Assembly (NCBI GenBank): GCA_031763465.1
Contig: JARFOE010000115.1
Span: 9,825,473-9,884,511 of the forward strand
From: Squatina squatina
Lineage: Eukaryota
Direction: 5' to 3'
Length of the DNA: 59,039 bases
The translations under genes were made by a program, and so were the position numbers. This document shows positions 1 through 12,403 of the stretch, piece by piece. How positions within the stretch are numbered: position 1 is the first letter of the stretch; each line of letters opens with the position of its first letter. The notes under the pieces are model-generated. The model was not told the origin of the DNA. It saw only the letters and a program-made list of their open reading frames with translations, and searched no databases.

Positions 1-2855
1 TGATGACGGGGCAGATATGTGGTCGTAAGCTCATCTCAGGGGTCTATACGACACCGAGGTTGTGAACGGTGTGGATCCACCTCTAACAGCTGTCAGGGAG
101 AGGGATGGAGTCATTGGACAGGGAATGGCATTCATGGTGGGGACTGAAGACAATGGCTTTGGTCTTTCCAAATATTTAGTTGAAGGAAATTTCTTAGCCA
201 GCAAGATGTCTCCTTGCAGTAGCCCTGCACTGTTCATCTATTGGGCCTCTTGGGAATTTTCTAAACTTTGTATGGAATGGTTTTAATATCATGAGAGAAT
301 GGAATCTCTCACCTCGCTTCCCTAAAATTAAACATTAGGCACTTGAGGAGCAGAGCTCTGGGCACATCTTCAAGCATGTACGTACAAGAACTCCTTTGTG
401 GCTGTGGTTACTGAGACCTGGATGGATGTGCCGTGAGTAGTATAATTCCAGTGTGCTGGTTATGTACCACATAACTGCAGCCTTCACATATATTTGTCTT
501 TGAGGTGATTTGCCAAGCTATTGTTTTATCTACTTGAGGGCTTTTCCAATATGGAAATCTTGAATGGGACTTGCAAACTTCAGAAAGCAGCTGTAAAAAT
601 AGAGGTGCATCTTTAGTTTGGTTTGATCAGTACACTAAGTTCTGGCAGATCACATTCAAAACATTGGCCTCTTTTTCNNNNNNNNNNNNNNNNNNNNNNN
701 NNNNNNNNNNNNNNNNNNNNNNNNNNNNNNNNNNNNNNNNNNNNNNNNNNNNNNNNNNNNNNNNNNNNNNNNNNNNNNNNNNNNNNNNNNNNNNNNNNNN
801 NNNNNNNNNNNNNNNNNNNNNNNNNNNNNNNNNNNNNNNNNNNNNNNNNNNNNNNNNNNNNNNNNNNNNNNNNNNNNNNNNNNNNNNNNNNNNNNNNNNN
901 NNNNNNNNNNNNNNNNNNNNNNNNNNNNNNNNNNNNNNNNNNNNNNNNNNNNNNNNNNNNNNNNNNNNNNNNNNNNNNNNNNNNNNNNNNNNNNNNNNNN
1001 NNNNNNNNNNNNNNNNNNNNNNNNNNNNNNNNNNNNNNNNNNNNNNNNNNNNTACTTCTATACTCACCAATTCTCTGGGGGGCAGGGAGAGGGGGACAGA
1101 GATGAGGCGTAAGAGCATTAATTATCTCTCCTTTCCAGCTAATTTTCAATACATCTATAGTACAGAGTTTAAAAAGGTGAAACCGAATAGGGGAGCAGAC
1201 AGAATATCACCTGTTGCTGGCTTTGTAATCATGAAGAACTATAATAAACACTTGTTAAACTTTTAAAGGGTCATTGAGCAATTACTTTCTGAATAAAACT
1301 CACTGGTTCTGGAAATTTGACATGCAGTGTAGTTGTACATCCAGTAGATGGAGTATGAATCTTGAAAATTCATCAATTGTATTTGTACATTGGATAGAAA
1401 AAGCATAGCTTTATTTTTATTCTATATCTTGTAAAATGTTTTATTAAAGGATTTTATTGTTGCCTGTGAAGTTAAAACACCTGGTTAAATCAAGATACCC
1501 AGAAAGCCATGAGACATTTACAGCTACACAAGGGCGAGGCCTCCATTTGGTAGCAGGCCCAACAAGAGATGAGATGTAAGGTTGGGGTACTGTGGTTACT
1601 GGGAATCAGTGCCAGAGAAACTGTTTGAAGTTTGCTGCGGTCTTTGGGCAAGTAAAGCAGTTCTGTGTAACTTTTCGACTTCCTGAGATAGGGTGGAGCA
1701 CTGGAGAATGGGATAGTTGGTTAGACTGAGTACACAGGAAGGGGGCCCACACATTCCGGCATATTTCCAGCTCCAGGCTCAATCATATAGACTAGCATAT
1801 ATCCTAAGTATATTTTTTTTTAGACAGTATGTATAAGTGCTGGCTGTTTTTGGTAGTTTTAAGATCCTCAGTTCCAGACGTGTCCTGCTACACCGATTTC
1901 AGGAGCAGCAGAACTGAACGACTGTTTTTCAGGTCTGTGTCTGATGGCTACTGTGTGAGTGTGAAATATGTTGAGGTTTCCAGTCTGTACCGAGGAATCT
2001 AACCTCAAGACGTTAGGCAACCTTTGCCAGGAACTTTGACAGACCTGCTTTTGTCACCGAGGCTTTCATTCTGGTTCGAGCAGCTGGACTGAATAAACAG
2101 ATAAACAACTTGGTTTAAACTTCTGTGCTAAAAATAAGAAGTAGAAACTGATAGCATGCCAGGTAGCATGCAATTATTTTGTCCTCTTCTAATCTGTGAA
2201 TTTCCCCTTGCGACTCTCATTTATTGCCCTGGCGTACAGTGGGGTACCTCCTGGGGAAGGCACATGAGAAAGATTAGTGTCAAGAGAGAGAGAAGTTAAT
2301 TTTCTGTAACCTTTTTCTTTGGTATACACAAGCTATTAGATGGAAAAGAATGTTGTCGCATTAGTATTTTCTGTAATCTTGGGAGCAATCCTTGAAAAAT
2401 ATTTTTCAGAACGGTGATATCTGAAAATTGAATGTTTTTCACACACTACTGATCGAATTTGGAAATAATTCCTTTCTAAACATACTGCATTCTGAACTGG
2501 TTGAGTAGTTGTTTCCAGCTTTTACAAATTTGGTTCTGCATGTGTTGTACTTAAAGCAGAATAAAGGTGGCAGCTCTCCGCAATGCCTGATCATCCTCCA
2601 TTCTACCTTCAGATAAGCTTGACTTTAGTTAGCTGCATGGTGCCATGATTCACGTTAAGGTTAGTGCCCACTGTGTACCAATGCTTGGTTCGGGTGTCCC
2701 AATTTCCTTTGTCAAGTGCCTGGTAAAAGCTCTCTCTGCACTCCACCTACCTGTANNNNNNNNNNNNNNNNNNNNNNNNNNNNNNNNNNNNNNNNNNNNN
2801 NNNNNNNNNNNNNNNNNNNNNNNNNNNNNNNNNNNNNNNNNNNNNNNNNNNNNNN

Positions 2856-3058
2856 GTGATAGAGAATTCCACAGGTTCACAACTCTCTGAGTGAAGAAAT
2901 GTCTCCTCATCTCAGTCTTAAATGGCATGTCCCATATCCTTAGGCTGTGACCCCTGGTTCTAGACTCCCCAGCCAGGGAAAACATTCTAACTGCATCTAT
3001 TCTGTCTAGTCCTGTCAGAATTTTATAAGTTTCAATGAGGTCCCCTCTCATTCTTCCA
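2856..3058 (-). mobile_element. CR1-type LINE, ORF2 C-terminal fragment
   Basis: Minus-strand translation RGDLIETYKILTGLDRIDAVRMFSLAGESRTRGHSLRI...RRHFFTQRVVNLWNSL is the typical CR1 ORF2 C-terminus. Truncated by a gap. Confidence 0.9.
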
Positions 3059-3144
3059 AAGCACTTTGGGCCGTCCTGAGGCTGTGAAAGGTGCTATATA
3101 AATGCACATTTTTTTATGCTGATACACTGATTTTTCTGTTGCAG

Positions 3145-3254
3145 GATCATTGGGACCTGGAGCAATATCTGCCATTGTAATTGCTGCTGTTCTTGGAGTG
3201 TCTGTATTGTTCAGCCTGGTCATAATCACCGTGAGAAAGCTGTCAGCGTCTTAG
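3145..3254 (+). CDS. SNORC: SNORC (C2orf82), cartilage transmembrane proteoglycan; terminal coding exon (TM segment and short tail)
   Basis: Acceptor tttttctgttgcag at 3131-3144, then phase-1 (G)SLGPGAISAIVIAAVLGVSVLFSLVIITVRKLSAS* with TAG at 3252-3254. Closely resembles the recalled mammalian SNORC C-terminus [36 protein letters not shown]. Too short for the ORF track. Upstream exons not found (gaps or outside the window). Confidence 0.9.
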
Positions 3255-4091
3255 ACTTAATAAATGATTAAAAATAGACACTGCCGTTATTTTATTGGTC
3301 TTTATTTCCCGTTTTATTAACTGAAATAACCCAATTACTTTCAGAGCATATTTCTTCATAGCTATATTTCTAACAGACAATAATGAGCAGAAAGGATGGA
3401 CTCATTATAGATCTTAGTCTACACAGGATCATTCGGTATGAGGGAAGCTCAGCACAAAAACACACAATAATGTGTTAGAACCCATGCAAATTTTTGAGCT
3501 CATTATTATTGTATTAGATTACTATTTGATTTGCTTTCAGTCTTGTTAATGGCATCTTAGTAATTTCCTTTACTGGTTGAGCCTCTGCTGCACAGCTGGA
3601 TGAATTATGGATTTTACAATTGTTTTAATTCTGTTAGTCATGCCTCCTCAAAACTATGTAATTAATTTATATTAGATGTCCGCTGTTCAATCCGATAGAG
3701 AGTTGTATTGGAACTCTTCATACACAGTGTTTTCTTTGGNNNNNNNNNNNNNNNNNNNNNNNNNNNNNNNNNNNNNNNNNNNNNNNNNNNNNNNNNNNNN
3801 NNNNNNNNNNNNNNNNNNNNNNNNNNNNNNNNNNNNNNNTTACTTTGAACACAGAAGTAAAAAACACCAATGATATGATATTTGTAATATAAAATAATGC
3901 AACTGTAGCAACCTACAGCTATAAAGAAAAGGTTATCTTACTTCGCGTAAAATACAGAAGAAAATTATCTGCCAACCAATAACAATTACATATAAACAAA
4001 AAATGCTGGAAAAACTCAGCAGGTCAGGCAATAGCAATTACATTACTGAAACACACCAAGTCAGCCATGCTGCTGAAGACGCTTCACTCAC

Positions 4092-4266
4092 CAGTTAGCC
4101 CAGAGGAGGGAGGATTACGCTGGATTTCTTCAGCTGTGTTCTCCTGCAAGATGTCCCAAAGCTGCCACTGCATCTTGGGGTTTAAGATGTAGAAGGGCTG
4201 GTTTGGATTCTTTTCTCGATACCTTTTGTAATTCTCAAAGAAATTATAGTCTGGATGATTGAACCA
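4092..4266 (-). CDS. ST6GAL1: Beta-galactoside alpha-2,6-sialyltransferase 1, internal 175-bp exon leading into sialylmotif S
   Basis: [59 protein letters not shown] with AG acceptor (4267-4268) and GT donor (4090-4091). PPSSG begins sialylmotif S. ST6GAL2 not formally excluded. Confidence 0.85.
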
Positions 4267-4962
4267 CTGGGGGGAAAAAAGTAAATGCAGAAATGTTGAG
4301 TATTGTGTTGTAGGATGGCACTTGGTTTTCTCTCTTTCATTGACAAATTTATTGTTGGATTTAAAAAAACCGAATTGTGCATTCTGAGGTACAGTCACTG
4401 AAGTCCCACCATAAGGTGAGTGTCCTTTTAAAATACAGTAGATATAAGCCCATTATAAAATTTTCATGAGTCACATTTTGATCTTCACCTAATAAGAAAT
4501 ACAAGTGACGCTTTAAACAGTCCAACATCACTACCATTTTGCAGCAATGCATTTTGCAACAACCCTTCCTGCACTCGGTTGTTTCAGGCCCCTTCTGCTT
4601 TGCATGGACTAACTCCAACCTGACTGGGTTGGGGGTATAGCAGAACGCTGCCACGACATGAGGAGCCACCTAAGCAAAGCTCATCACAGGCGAGGTGTTN
4701 NNNNNNNNNNNNNNNNNNNNNNNNNNNNNNNNNNNNNNNNNNNNNNNNNNNNNNNNNNNNNNNNNNNNNNNNNNNNNNNNNNNNNNNNNNNNNNNNNNNA
4801 ATTAGCAAGTTTTTTTAAAGCTGTCTGTGAGATTTTTTCTAAGTGTCACATTGCTCGACTTAAAAAAAAAAGACTCCCCAACTCGTCCCTTAGCACCAGA
4901 AACTGAGGGCAGTCTAATTGGGTGCCCTAAATCTCCAGTCAGATGTTTCGAGTAAAACTCAC

Positions 4963-5497
4963 CTATTTCGCTTCCCAGCCTCGATCGGAGGATAGAGCCA
5001 GCTGATGCCACGACAGCGCACGTCTTGAATGGTCCGAGTGCTTGAGTAAGATTTCTGGTTGGTATGTGCTCCCGCCAGTCAGATGTCGTGAAGGGCTCAT
5101 CTCCAAACTGAATGGACGCCACTTGGATCCTCTGTTTCAGTCCACATAACAGTTCTTTGCTGCTGAGCTTCTTTGGCTGTCTTGTTCCAGTGAAGTTCAC
5201 AGCGTACTTATTCATTGACGCATAATTGTTTTTAACAGTCCGTAGGCGGCGGTTGAGGTGGTCCGAAGAGCTGTCTTCATTCCAAATCATCCATGAATTC
5301 CATTGTTTTTTAAACGCAAGCTTTATCTTTGTGGGTTTTGCTGCTGTGTTGGAAATGATTGATGGTTCCTTCCCTTGTTGTCCCCTGGATAAATCCCTGG
5401 TAACTACAGCCGCGGGCAGAAGATCCTTTGAAGCAGTTGTTTCTTTGAACTGGATTTCTGATTTGCTAGATCCTTTTATTTTGCTGTTATTTGTCTT
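4963..5497 (-). CDS. ST6GAL1: ST6GAL1 first large coding exon (stem and start of sialylmotif L); 5' end lost in gap
   Basis: ...WNEDSSSDHLNRRLRTVKNNYASMNKYAV...ELLCGLK...PFTTSDW...LGPFKTCAVVASAGSILRSRLGSEI|G. CAVVxSAGS...LGxEI is sialylmotif L. GT donor at 4961-4962. Two small middle exons and the last exon are not visible, presumably in gaps. Confidence 0.87.
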
Positions 5498-5755
5498 NNN
5501 NNNNNNNNNNNNNNNNNNNNNNNNNNNNNNNNNNNNNNNNNNNNNNNNNNNNNNNNNNNNNNNNNNNNNNNNNNNNNNNNNNNNNNNNNNNNNNNNNGGG
5601 ATGGTTCTTTTAAATATAAATATGCAGAGAAAGTGCAGTCTCTGTCCGTTCAAATATTTGCCCTATTCCCCCGGTCTGTGTGAGGAGGAAAAGCGAGCAA
5701 TCTGTTTATATTCTGACCCAGTGGGTGAGGCCTGTGGAACCCGCTCTGTGTGGAG

Positions 5756-5905
5756 ACTACTTACATTGAGACACCAAATCCAGGGACAACTTACATTGAT
5801 ACACCAAATCCAGGGACTATGTACACTGAGACACCACATCCAGGACCGCTTACACTGTGACACCAAATCCAGGGATCAGTTATACTGAGACACCAAATCC
5901 AGGAA
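5756..5905. repeat. Minisatellite, ~29-bp unit, about 5 copies
   Basis: Tandem (t)acactgagacaccaaatccaggga(c) units read directly. Confidence 0.85.
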
Positions 5906-6399
5906 CCACTAACCTCAGCCCCTAAGCACTAACCCTAACCAAGGATTATTGATAGGGAGCATTGCAGGAGCTGAAGGCCTGATAAAGAAAGTATTTGAAA
6001 CAATTATCTTGATTAAAGAAATAATGCGAGATATGTTAGCAACAAGAGATTAAATCAATGACACCATCAAAATCATCAATGAGAAATACAAATATCAGAA
6101 TATTTCAAAGGCTATCGAATCCAAAGAGGGTTAAATGATACAGAAAATAAAGGATTTCAAATCTTATGCAAGACAGTTCAATAAAAAGATGGTTCAAAGG
6201 AAAGTCAGATGAGTATAAAGTGAGGCACTGCAGTTCAGTCTATTACACCCACAAGCCATGTACTCAAATGGAACAAGCTTTAGGTTTAATATGGTAGAAA
6301 GTGAACTAGGTGAGATGTGATATAAGTTAGAGTAAGAAAAGTCAGCAACAGAACATTAATTAGTCTCTGATCTCTTTGGGTGAGGGGGAGAGGGCCGGT

Positions 6400-6660
6400 T
6401 AGAGGCCCTCCTCGTGAGCTTGCTCCTGGGCCTGGCCAAGTTGGCCATCAACAGATCCAGGCAGCGGGTGACCGAGGGGGTCATTCGCCCTGACTGCCTG
6501 CCTCTCTTCTGCGGCTACATTCGCACCTGGGTGTCCCTGGAGATGGAGCACGCGGTGTCTGCCAGTACGCTTGAGGCCTTCTGTGACCGGTGGGGGACTG
6601 GAGTGCATCATTGTGGGGATAATCGGGTTTTAATTTAAGTTTTGGTTTAGTTTAAATTAT
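6400..6660 (+). mobile_element. Tx1/L1-clade LINE 3' fragment
   Basis: LLLGLAKLAINRSRQR...CLPLFCGYIRTWVSLEMEHAVS...EAFCDRW resembles the C-terminus of Tx1-like ORF2, followed by a T-rich tail. Confidence 0.6.
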
Positions 6661-7229
6661 GTTTTTTTCACCCAAAAAAAATCCCCTGTGCTGCCATCTC
6701 TATTGTATGTATTTAATTAGGTTTTCAGGTTTTGAATAAACTTGTCTATTTATAGCTTTTAATCTAGCTAATAACCTTCAATTTAACCTTGTTTATTAAA
6801 TTGTTATACACTTTCAGTCTTTACTGTAGCTTAGCCCTCAGTCCTAATTTATCCCTATGTTACTTTTAATGTATATTTACCATGATAATTAATTTTAATG
6901 TTTTCCCAGCTCTTAAAACACATTTAGAGGGAGAAAGGAAAAATACTCACTTACCTGCTTTCTAGTGTCACTTTCTTAAACAGAACCTCATGCCACTGTT
7001 CCTACTGTCTGTTCCTTTGTAGCTACTGCTCTTCTTCATGCTCTACCCCTCTGGATTTGGACTATGATGAAATGGCAGTCATCCATTTGTCTTGCTATTA
7101 TTGATAACTAACTCACATGTTGAGATAAAGTTGATACATGGTTTTTGTGCAGGTGTGGCTATTGGCATTGAATGCTGGAGCTGTCTGTCACTCCTACCAA
7201 TTGAGAGGGCTAGTATTGACACTGCTGTC

Positions 7230-7535
7230 CTAATAAATAGGATTATAGAGGTGCTGGAGATGCAAAAAAATGACTTGAGGATGATTCCACAATGAGAGGT
7301 CAGGAAAGATTGAATAACTGGGGCTCTTCTAGAAAAGGCTGAGGGAGTGACTATAGAAGGGTTTGATAGGGTAGACCTTTCTGGAGAGGCCAAAACTAGG
7401 GGCCATAATTATAGGCAAGTCACTAATAAATCCAACAGGGAATTCAAGAGAAACTTCTTTATGCCAGTGGTTAGAATGTGAAACTCCTACCACAAGGAGT
7501 AGTTGAAGGATAGCATAGATGCATTTAAAGGAATG
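7230..7535 (+). mobile_element. Degenerate CR1 LINE 3' fragment
   Basis: CR1-like segments aactaggggccataa...gagaaacttcttt...gtggttagaatgtg...catagatgcatttaa. Confidence 0.7.
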
Positions 7536-7744
7536 TCAAACTTTCAAGGAGAAAGGAATGGAAGAATATGTTGGGTCAATTTGGGTGGAGATAAAATTAA
7601 CAAGGGAAGGAAGATACTGGTAGATGTACTGTATAGGCCCCCANNNNNNNNNNNNNNNNNNNNNNNNNNNNNNNNNNNNNNNNNNNNNNNNNNNNNNNNN
7701 NNNNNNNNNNNNNNNNNNNNNNNNNNNNNNNNNNNNNNNNNNNG

Positions 7745-8442
7745 CATATGAACAACACACACGTTACTAATGTGCAAATTGGCCAGCAACTTGTGGTGAG
7801 GAAGAGATGTACGTGAACTGTGAATCGCCAGAAATTACTGGAAAATTTGCACCGCTCTACCATTAGCTTCACAAAAACGGCATGAAGTTGCTGCATTTGT
7901 ACATTAATTGCTGATTAAATGTGCAACAGAATGCTAAGTTTAGTAATTAACAGCGCAAATACCCTTTTAATTAAGTAATAATTGTTAATGACTGCCAATC
8001 AACCTTGTTTCCATAGAAAGTGAACAATTAAAAGTAGAGTGTCTCATTCCTTCAAGTTGTGAATTGTAGTGGGAGATTTTAAAAATATCAGTTTTTATCT
8101 TCTTCATTTGTCTCCTTTTCCTTGCCCTCTTAATCCAACTTTCTTTCCCTTTCTTTATTTCTCTTTCTATACCTGATTTGACAATGAATTCACCCACTCT
8201 AATTCACTTTCCTTCTCATTCCTTCCTCTGTTTATTTTTCAATCCTTTAATCTCATTGCTTAAGGAGATACATGCAATGGTCATTCACCAAGGCCCCAGA
8301 TGTTTAGTTGCCCCCGCTGTGCCATTATCAGCTTGCATTTCAGCAACTTTGTGGGAAAAAATTTTAAAAACTTAAATATGCACAAACAAGTCTAACTAAC
8401 GGGGCGTTCTACGAGATGCCCTGCTCCAGCTAAATTTGGGCC
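7745..8442. repeat. Dispersed repeat (probable non-autonomous DNA transposon); related copy at ~23735-24048
   Basis: Shared blocks ctctttct(a/g)tacc(t/c)gattt(g/a)aca..gaatt..ctctaattca..tttcc and tatcagct(t/c)gca(t/c)tttcagcaactt, both copies ending in tt(t/c)(t/g)ggcc. Confidence 0.6.
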
Positions 8443-8844
8443 ATAACATGACCATGATAGGATAAGCAACTCTGAACGGAATGGGCTTGACAAGCTGAAG
8501 ATTTTTCCTCACTGCAGACTTTACAATCTTATGAAATAATAGCTGAAATTACAAAAAGGAATTAAAATTACCTTCAATTCTTTTACTGACAATACAAATC
8601 CCAGAAAATAGCATTAATTCTGGTTATATTGGTATATTAGTGTACTGGTATACTGATTGTCATCACAATTCCATTATGGGTGGAAAATTCAGCAAAGCCC
8701 GCTAATCTACCGTTATGCACTCTCAGTGTGAAAAATACCACCAGGAGCTGCGATCTCACCAATCATGGCAAGACCGGGGCGGCCGGGGTTGGTGGCGGGT
8801 GTCAACCCCACTCCTGGATACAGCCCGCACTGTGTGAAGAATCT

Positions 8845-9042
8845 TCATAAGAACATTAGAAATAGGAGCAGGAGTAGGCCATTCGGCCCCTCGAGCTCCA
8901 CCATTCAACAAGATTATGGCCAATCTTCTACCTCCACGCCATTTTCCTGCACAATCCCTATGCCTTTAATATCTAGAAATCTATCAATCTCTGTTTTGAA
9001 TGTCCTGAAATACTGAGCCTCCACAGCCATGTTGGGTAGAGA
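8845..9042 (-). mobile_element. CR1 LINE 3' end
   Basis: cataagaacattagaaataggagcaggagtaggccattcggccc is the shark CR1 3' tail (reverse). Minus translation SLPNMAVEAQYFRTFKTEIDRFL. Confidence 0.85.
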
Positions 9043-9142
9043 NNNNNNNNNNNNNNNNNNNNNNNNNNNNNNNNNNNNNNNNNNNNNNNNNNNNNNNNNN
9101 NNNNNNNNNNNNNNNNNNNNNNNNNNNNNNNNNNNNNNNNNN

Positions 9143-10439
9143 AGTGTATGGGTCACAGTTCCTTGTTGCTGATCTTTCATAACAATAAGGGTCACGTTCA
9201 GGATCACAATTTCTGTCGTGTTCAGGTACATGATTATATTCTTCATTTCAATGACAGTTGGGGTCAGATGGGTCACAGCCAGCACGTGGCTGAGAATTGT
9301 GAACTGGATAACAGGCTGGATGATAATAGAGATCACAATCATGACCTTCCTTAGTTTTACCTTTGTACATGGATTGAGGCCTGCGACAGTTACGATCATA
9401 CTCGGGATCACAATCAGGGTCTTCAACAGCTTGGTCAATAGATTTCACATTTTGACGACAGTTGGGGTCACGGTATGAATCACATTCAAATTCTTTTTTA
9501 CCACCATATACAGGTCTATCAGGACTACAATAAGGGTCATATCTGGGGTCACATTCAGAGTCTGGTGCAGGCTCATCCTTAGGATGATATGCCGATTGAC
9601 AGTTGCGATCATAGTATGGGTCACAATCATATGGATTTTTATAGGCAGCCACAGTGGAGCGGCAATATGGATCCTTTGCAGTGTCACAGGCAGGGAAAGC
9701 AGTTAGGGTCTGAGTAGGGATCACATGATTGCTTTAGGTAGGCAACCAGTGCCAGACAGTGTGGATTGTCTGGATCATATGGATTACAATACTGGTTTAC
9801 TAACTGAGCATATTGTGCATAAGTGAAGGATTGCTGGTAATATCCTGACAAGGTGCGTTTAGAATATGATTCAGCGTGGCAGTAAGGATCTTTCTGGGGG
9901 TCACATGACTGTACCTGGGTTCTGCAATATGGATCTTTCTTTGGATCACAAGGGTACGTTTCTGCTCCATAGTATGGATCTTTTTTTGGATGACTAGAGT
10001 ATGCGTCTGCTCTGCAGTATGGATCCTTCTGTGGATCACAAGGGTACGTTTCTGCTCCATACGAAGCTTTCTTTGGATCACTAGAGTATGCTTCTGCTCT
10101 GCAGTATGGATCTTTCTGTGGATCACAAGGGTACACTGCTGCTCTGTAATATGGATCTTTCTTTGGATGACTAGAGTATGCTTCTGCTCTGCAGTATGGA
10201 TCTTTCTGTGGATCACAAGGGTATGTTTCGGTTCTGCAGTGTGGGTCTTTGTATGGGTCACACTGCTTCTGAGTGTAAGCTACTTGCTTCTGAAGAACAA
10301 GTGGCTGACAATCGGGATCTTTTGTTGTGTCACATTCCTCTTCACGTAGACGCTGCAGGAATGCTTGATATGACCGCTGGGACTCATCTCTGCTCTTGGC
10401 CTGAAGATATTGTAGATAAACTTTGTCCAATTCATATAT
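9143..10439 (-). CDS. and1/and2-like: Actinodin-family (And1/And2-like) protein, main repeat exon; frameshift near 9690 and in-frame TGA at 9248-9250
   Basis: AG acceptor at 10440-10441. Begins IYELDKVYLQYLQAKSRDESQRSYQAFLQRL, like the actinodin ELDRxYLxYLQxKxRxE..RSY block, followed by about 17-18 C(D/N)PxxDPxC-type motifs (CDPYKDPHC, CDPQKDPYC, CDPYSDPNC, CDPRYDPYC, CDPERDPYC). Frame 1 stops at 9684-9686; repeats continue in a shifted frame and past the TGA into the gap. Confidence 0.85.
9880..10262 (-). repeat. Coding tandem repeat: 45-bp (15-aa) unit with 90-bp higher-order periodicity
   Basis: Alternating units AETYPCDPQKDPYCR and AEAYSSHPKKDPYYx, seen in DNA as repeated gcagtatggatctttctgtggatcacaagggta. 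Confidence 0.9.
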
Positions 10440-12403
10440 CTGGAAAATGAGTAAGTAAAATGGTGGATTACAGAGGCTGCTGCAAAACTCTGGCACATTT
10501 TACACTTTCTAATTTGTATGTACTGGCAAAATAGTTCTTGCTCTTCTTTGATAAAGGGCAATTTATAATTTCCTTATTCTTCACTTTAGGCTTTTTTGTG
10601 TCACTGCTCCTCAACCAGGAGGTTCAGCAAGCCTNNNNNNNNNNNNNNNNNNNNNNNNNNNNNNNNNNNNNNNNNNNNNNNNNNNNNNNNNNNNNNNNNN
10701 NNNNNNNNNNNNNNNNNNNNNNNNNNNNNNNNNNGGCATAATGTGCTTGGATAAAATCCCTCTGCTACTTTAACAAATTCAATTAGCCTTTTAAAAGAGT
10801 AGGAGAGAAGGCAAGCTAAATCAAGAAATAATCATTGGTTGACAGCAAACTCGGTTTTAAAGTTTATGGATTGTAGCAGGGTTGGAGAACTGAGGGAGGT
10901 CTACAATTTTGAGCATGAGTTTTAGTATGATGTGATGTGATGAGTCTTAATTTCAATACAGTGTTGATACAGATGGAGCAAAGGTGTGTAGTTTGACATA
11001 TTTGCGCACTTTTATACTTATCTCAAATTTTGGGAGATCGATGCCAAATGTAGCTTCGCGCATTGCTCTCTCGTGATTATAGGAGCCGGTGTCTCTGCTC
11101 TGTAGGCCCACTGGACATCTATTTGGAAAATGGAGATTGCATGCACAGTGCTCTTGGAGCGGGGGAGGGCTAGAATTTTAACTCCCAGTTGGGAAGCCAG
11201 CAGGACACCTGCCCGGATTTTCTGTGGGAGGCTTAGCAGGTTTCAAATTGGGGGGCCTTCCAAATCAGCGAAATAAAATCACGTCACAGCGCCAATGATA
11301 TCAGTGGGCTGCGACTTTTGTATGATATGTAGGTCTCTGTCTGCTTGGTGTGGGCTATCCTCCCAAATGAGTTTCTGTTCAGTTAAAATGGCACAGGGCC
11401 AGAATGCATTGGGAATGGAGGGCAACTTCCCCTCAACATTTTAATTACCCATCTGTCCCTTTTGTGTCAGGAGGGCCGGGTTAAAAGCCAGCTTTTCGAC
11501 CTTAACCACTAACTTTGGAAATTAATTCCATTGCTCTCTGGTGCCAATTAGTATACAAAAGCAATCAAAACACGGTTTCTCAAAAACATCTCTAATTTCA
11601 AACCATATTTAGCTCAAGGGAATGATAAAAATATATGGTACGGTCATACAATTTGCTCTGGAGTGACATTTATTTAATCCACTATTCAGATTGTAAGTTA
11701 GAAAAATATTTCTCTTCAGTTTACACATATAACTGAAGGATAGAATAACCCCCTCAACATTTGAACATACTACAATATCAAATTATGCCTTCAGGCAGGT
11801 ACTTTGCAACTATACACCTTTAATGCAGTGGTTAACTAAATAGTAAATGTGAAAAATAGGCTTATGATATTCAGGGGCATTTTTATCAAAGATGTTGATT
11901 ATACTGAATAAGTATAATTTTGATGGTCACAATTTCAATAAGACTGGTTTAAACATGTAAAACATTGGGAACTACATAAAAATAGCTGATATGCAAAAGA
12001 GCATTCCTAAGAGATTGGCGCCAAGATGAGCAAGGCAAAGCTGAGGGGATGTCCAAGAATGCAATCTGGAATATAGCAGATCTTTTTCTGGGGTGACTTT
12101 ATTACATAGTATAGAATACATTTTCAACAAATAGTTCAGTATACAATATTGTACCAAAGAAGCTGACTGTTAAATCCTCTTTGTATATGGATACTCTATT
12201 ATGTTTGCAAGTCATGTAATTCTGCATGCAAGTGTACTGCCATATTTGCTAATTAAATATACATCAATCGGCTTTGAAATAGGAACAAATTGGATATTCA
12301 ACCAGATGTGGTGCAGATGTGTACCATTTAATCACCATAAATGCAAGAAGAAAATAGAAAATCTCTAATAAAATATTAAAGTGGTTAAAATATTTCCACT
12401 CAC

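Noticed and set aside
571-1266. Long ORFs spanning N runs (also near 36309-36782, 57085-57588 and others)
   Set aside because: Their length comes from X residues in assembly gaps; the flanks have no recognisable coding signal.
4267-4962. Loss of ST6GAL1 middle exons, implying a pseudogene
   Set aside because: A 100-N gap of unknown true size lies in this interval, and the visible exons are open with intact splice sites.
5756-5905. CRISPR-like regular repeats
   Set aside because: Head-to-tail minisatellite without unique spacers, in vertebrate DNA with no cas genes.
5909-5941. Telomere-like taaccctaacc
   Set aside because: Only about two perfect units; not enough to call an interstitial telomere.
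9248-9250. TGA as selenocysteine
   Set aside because: It is not at a motif Cys position, lies downstream of a frameshift, and no SECIS is visible; a nonsense mutation is simpler.
8914-10450. Alternative-frame and antisense ORFs over the actinodin exon (e.g. 9800-10261, 9990-10349, 8914-9438)
   Set aside because: Shadow ORFs produced by the repetitive coding sequence.
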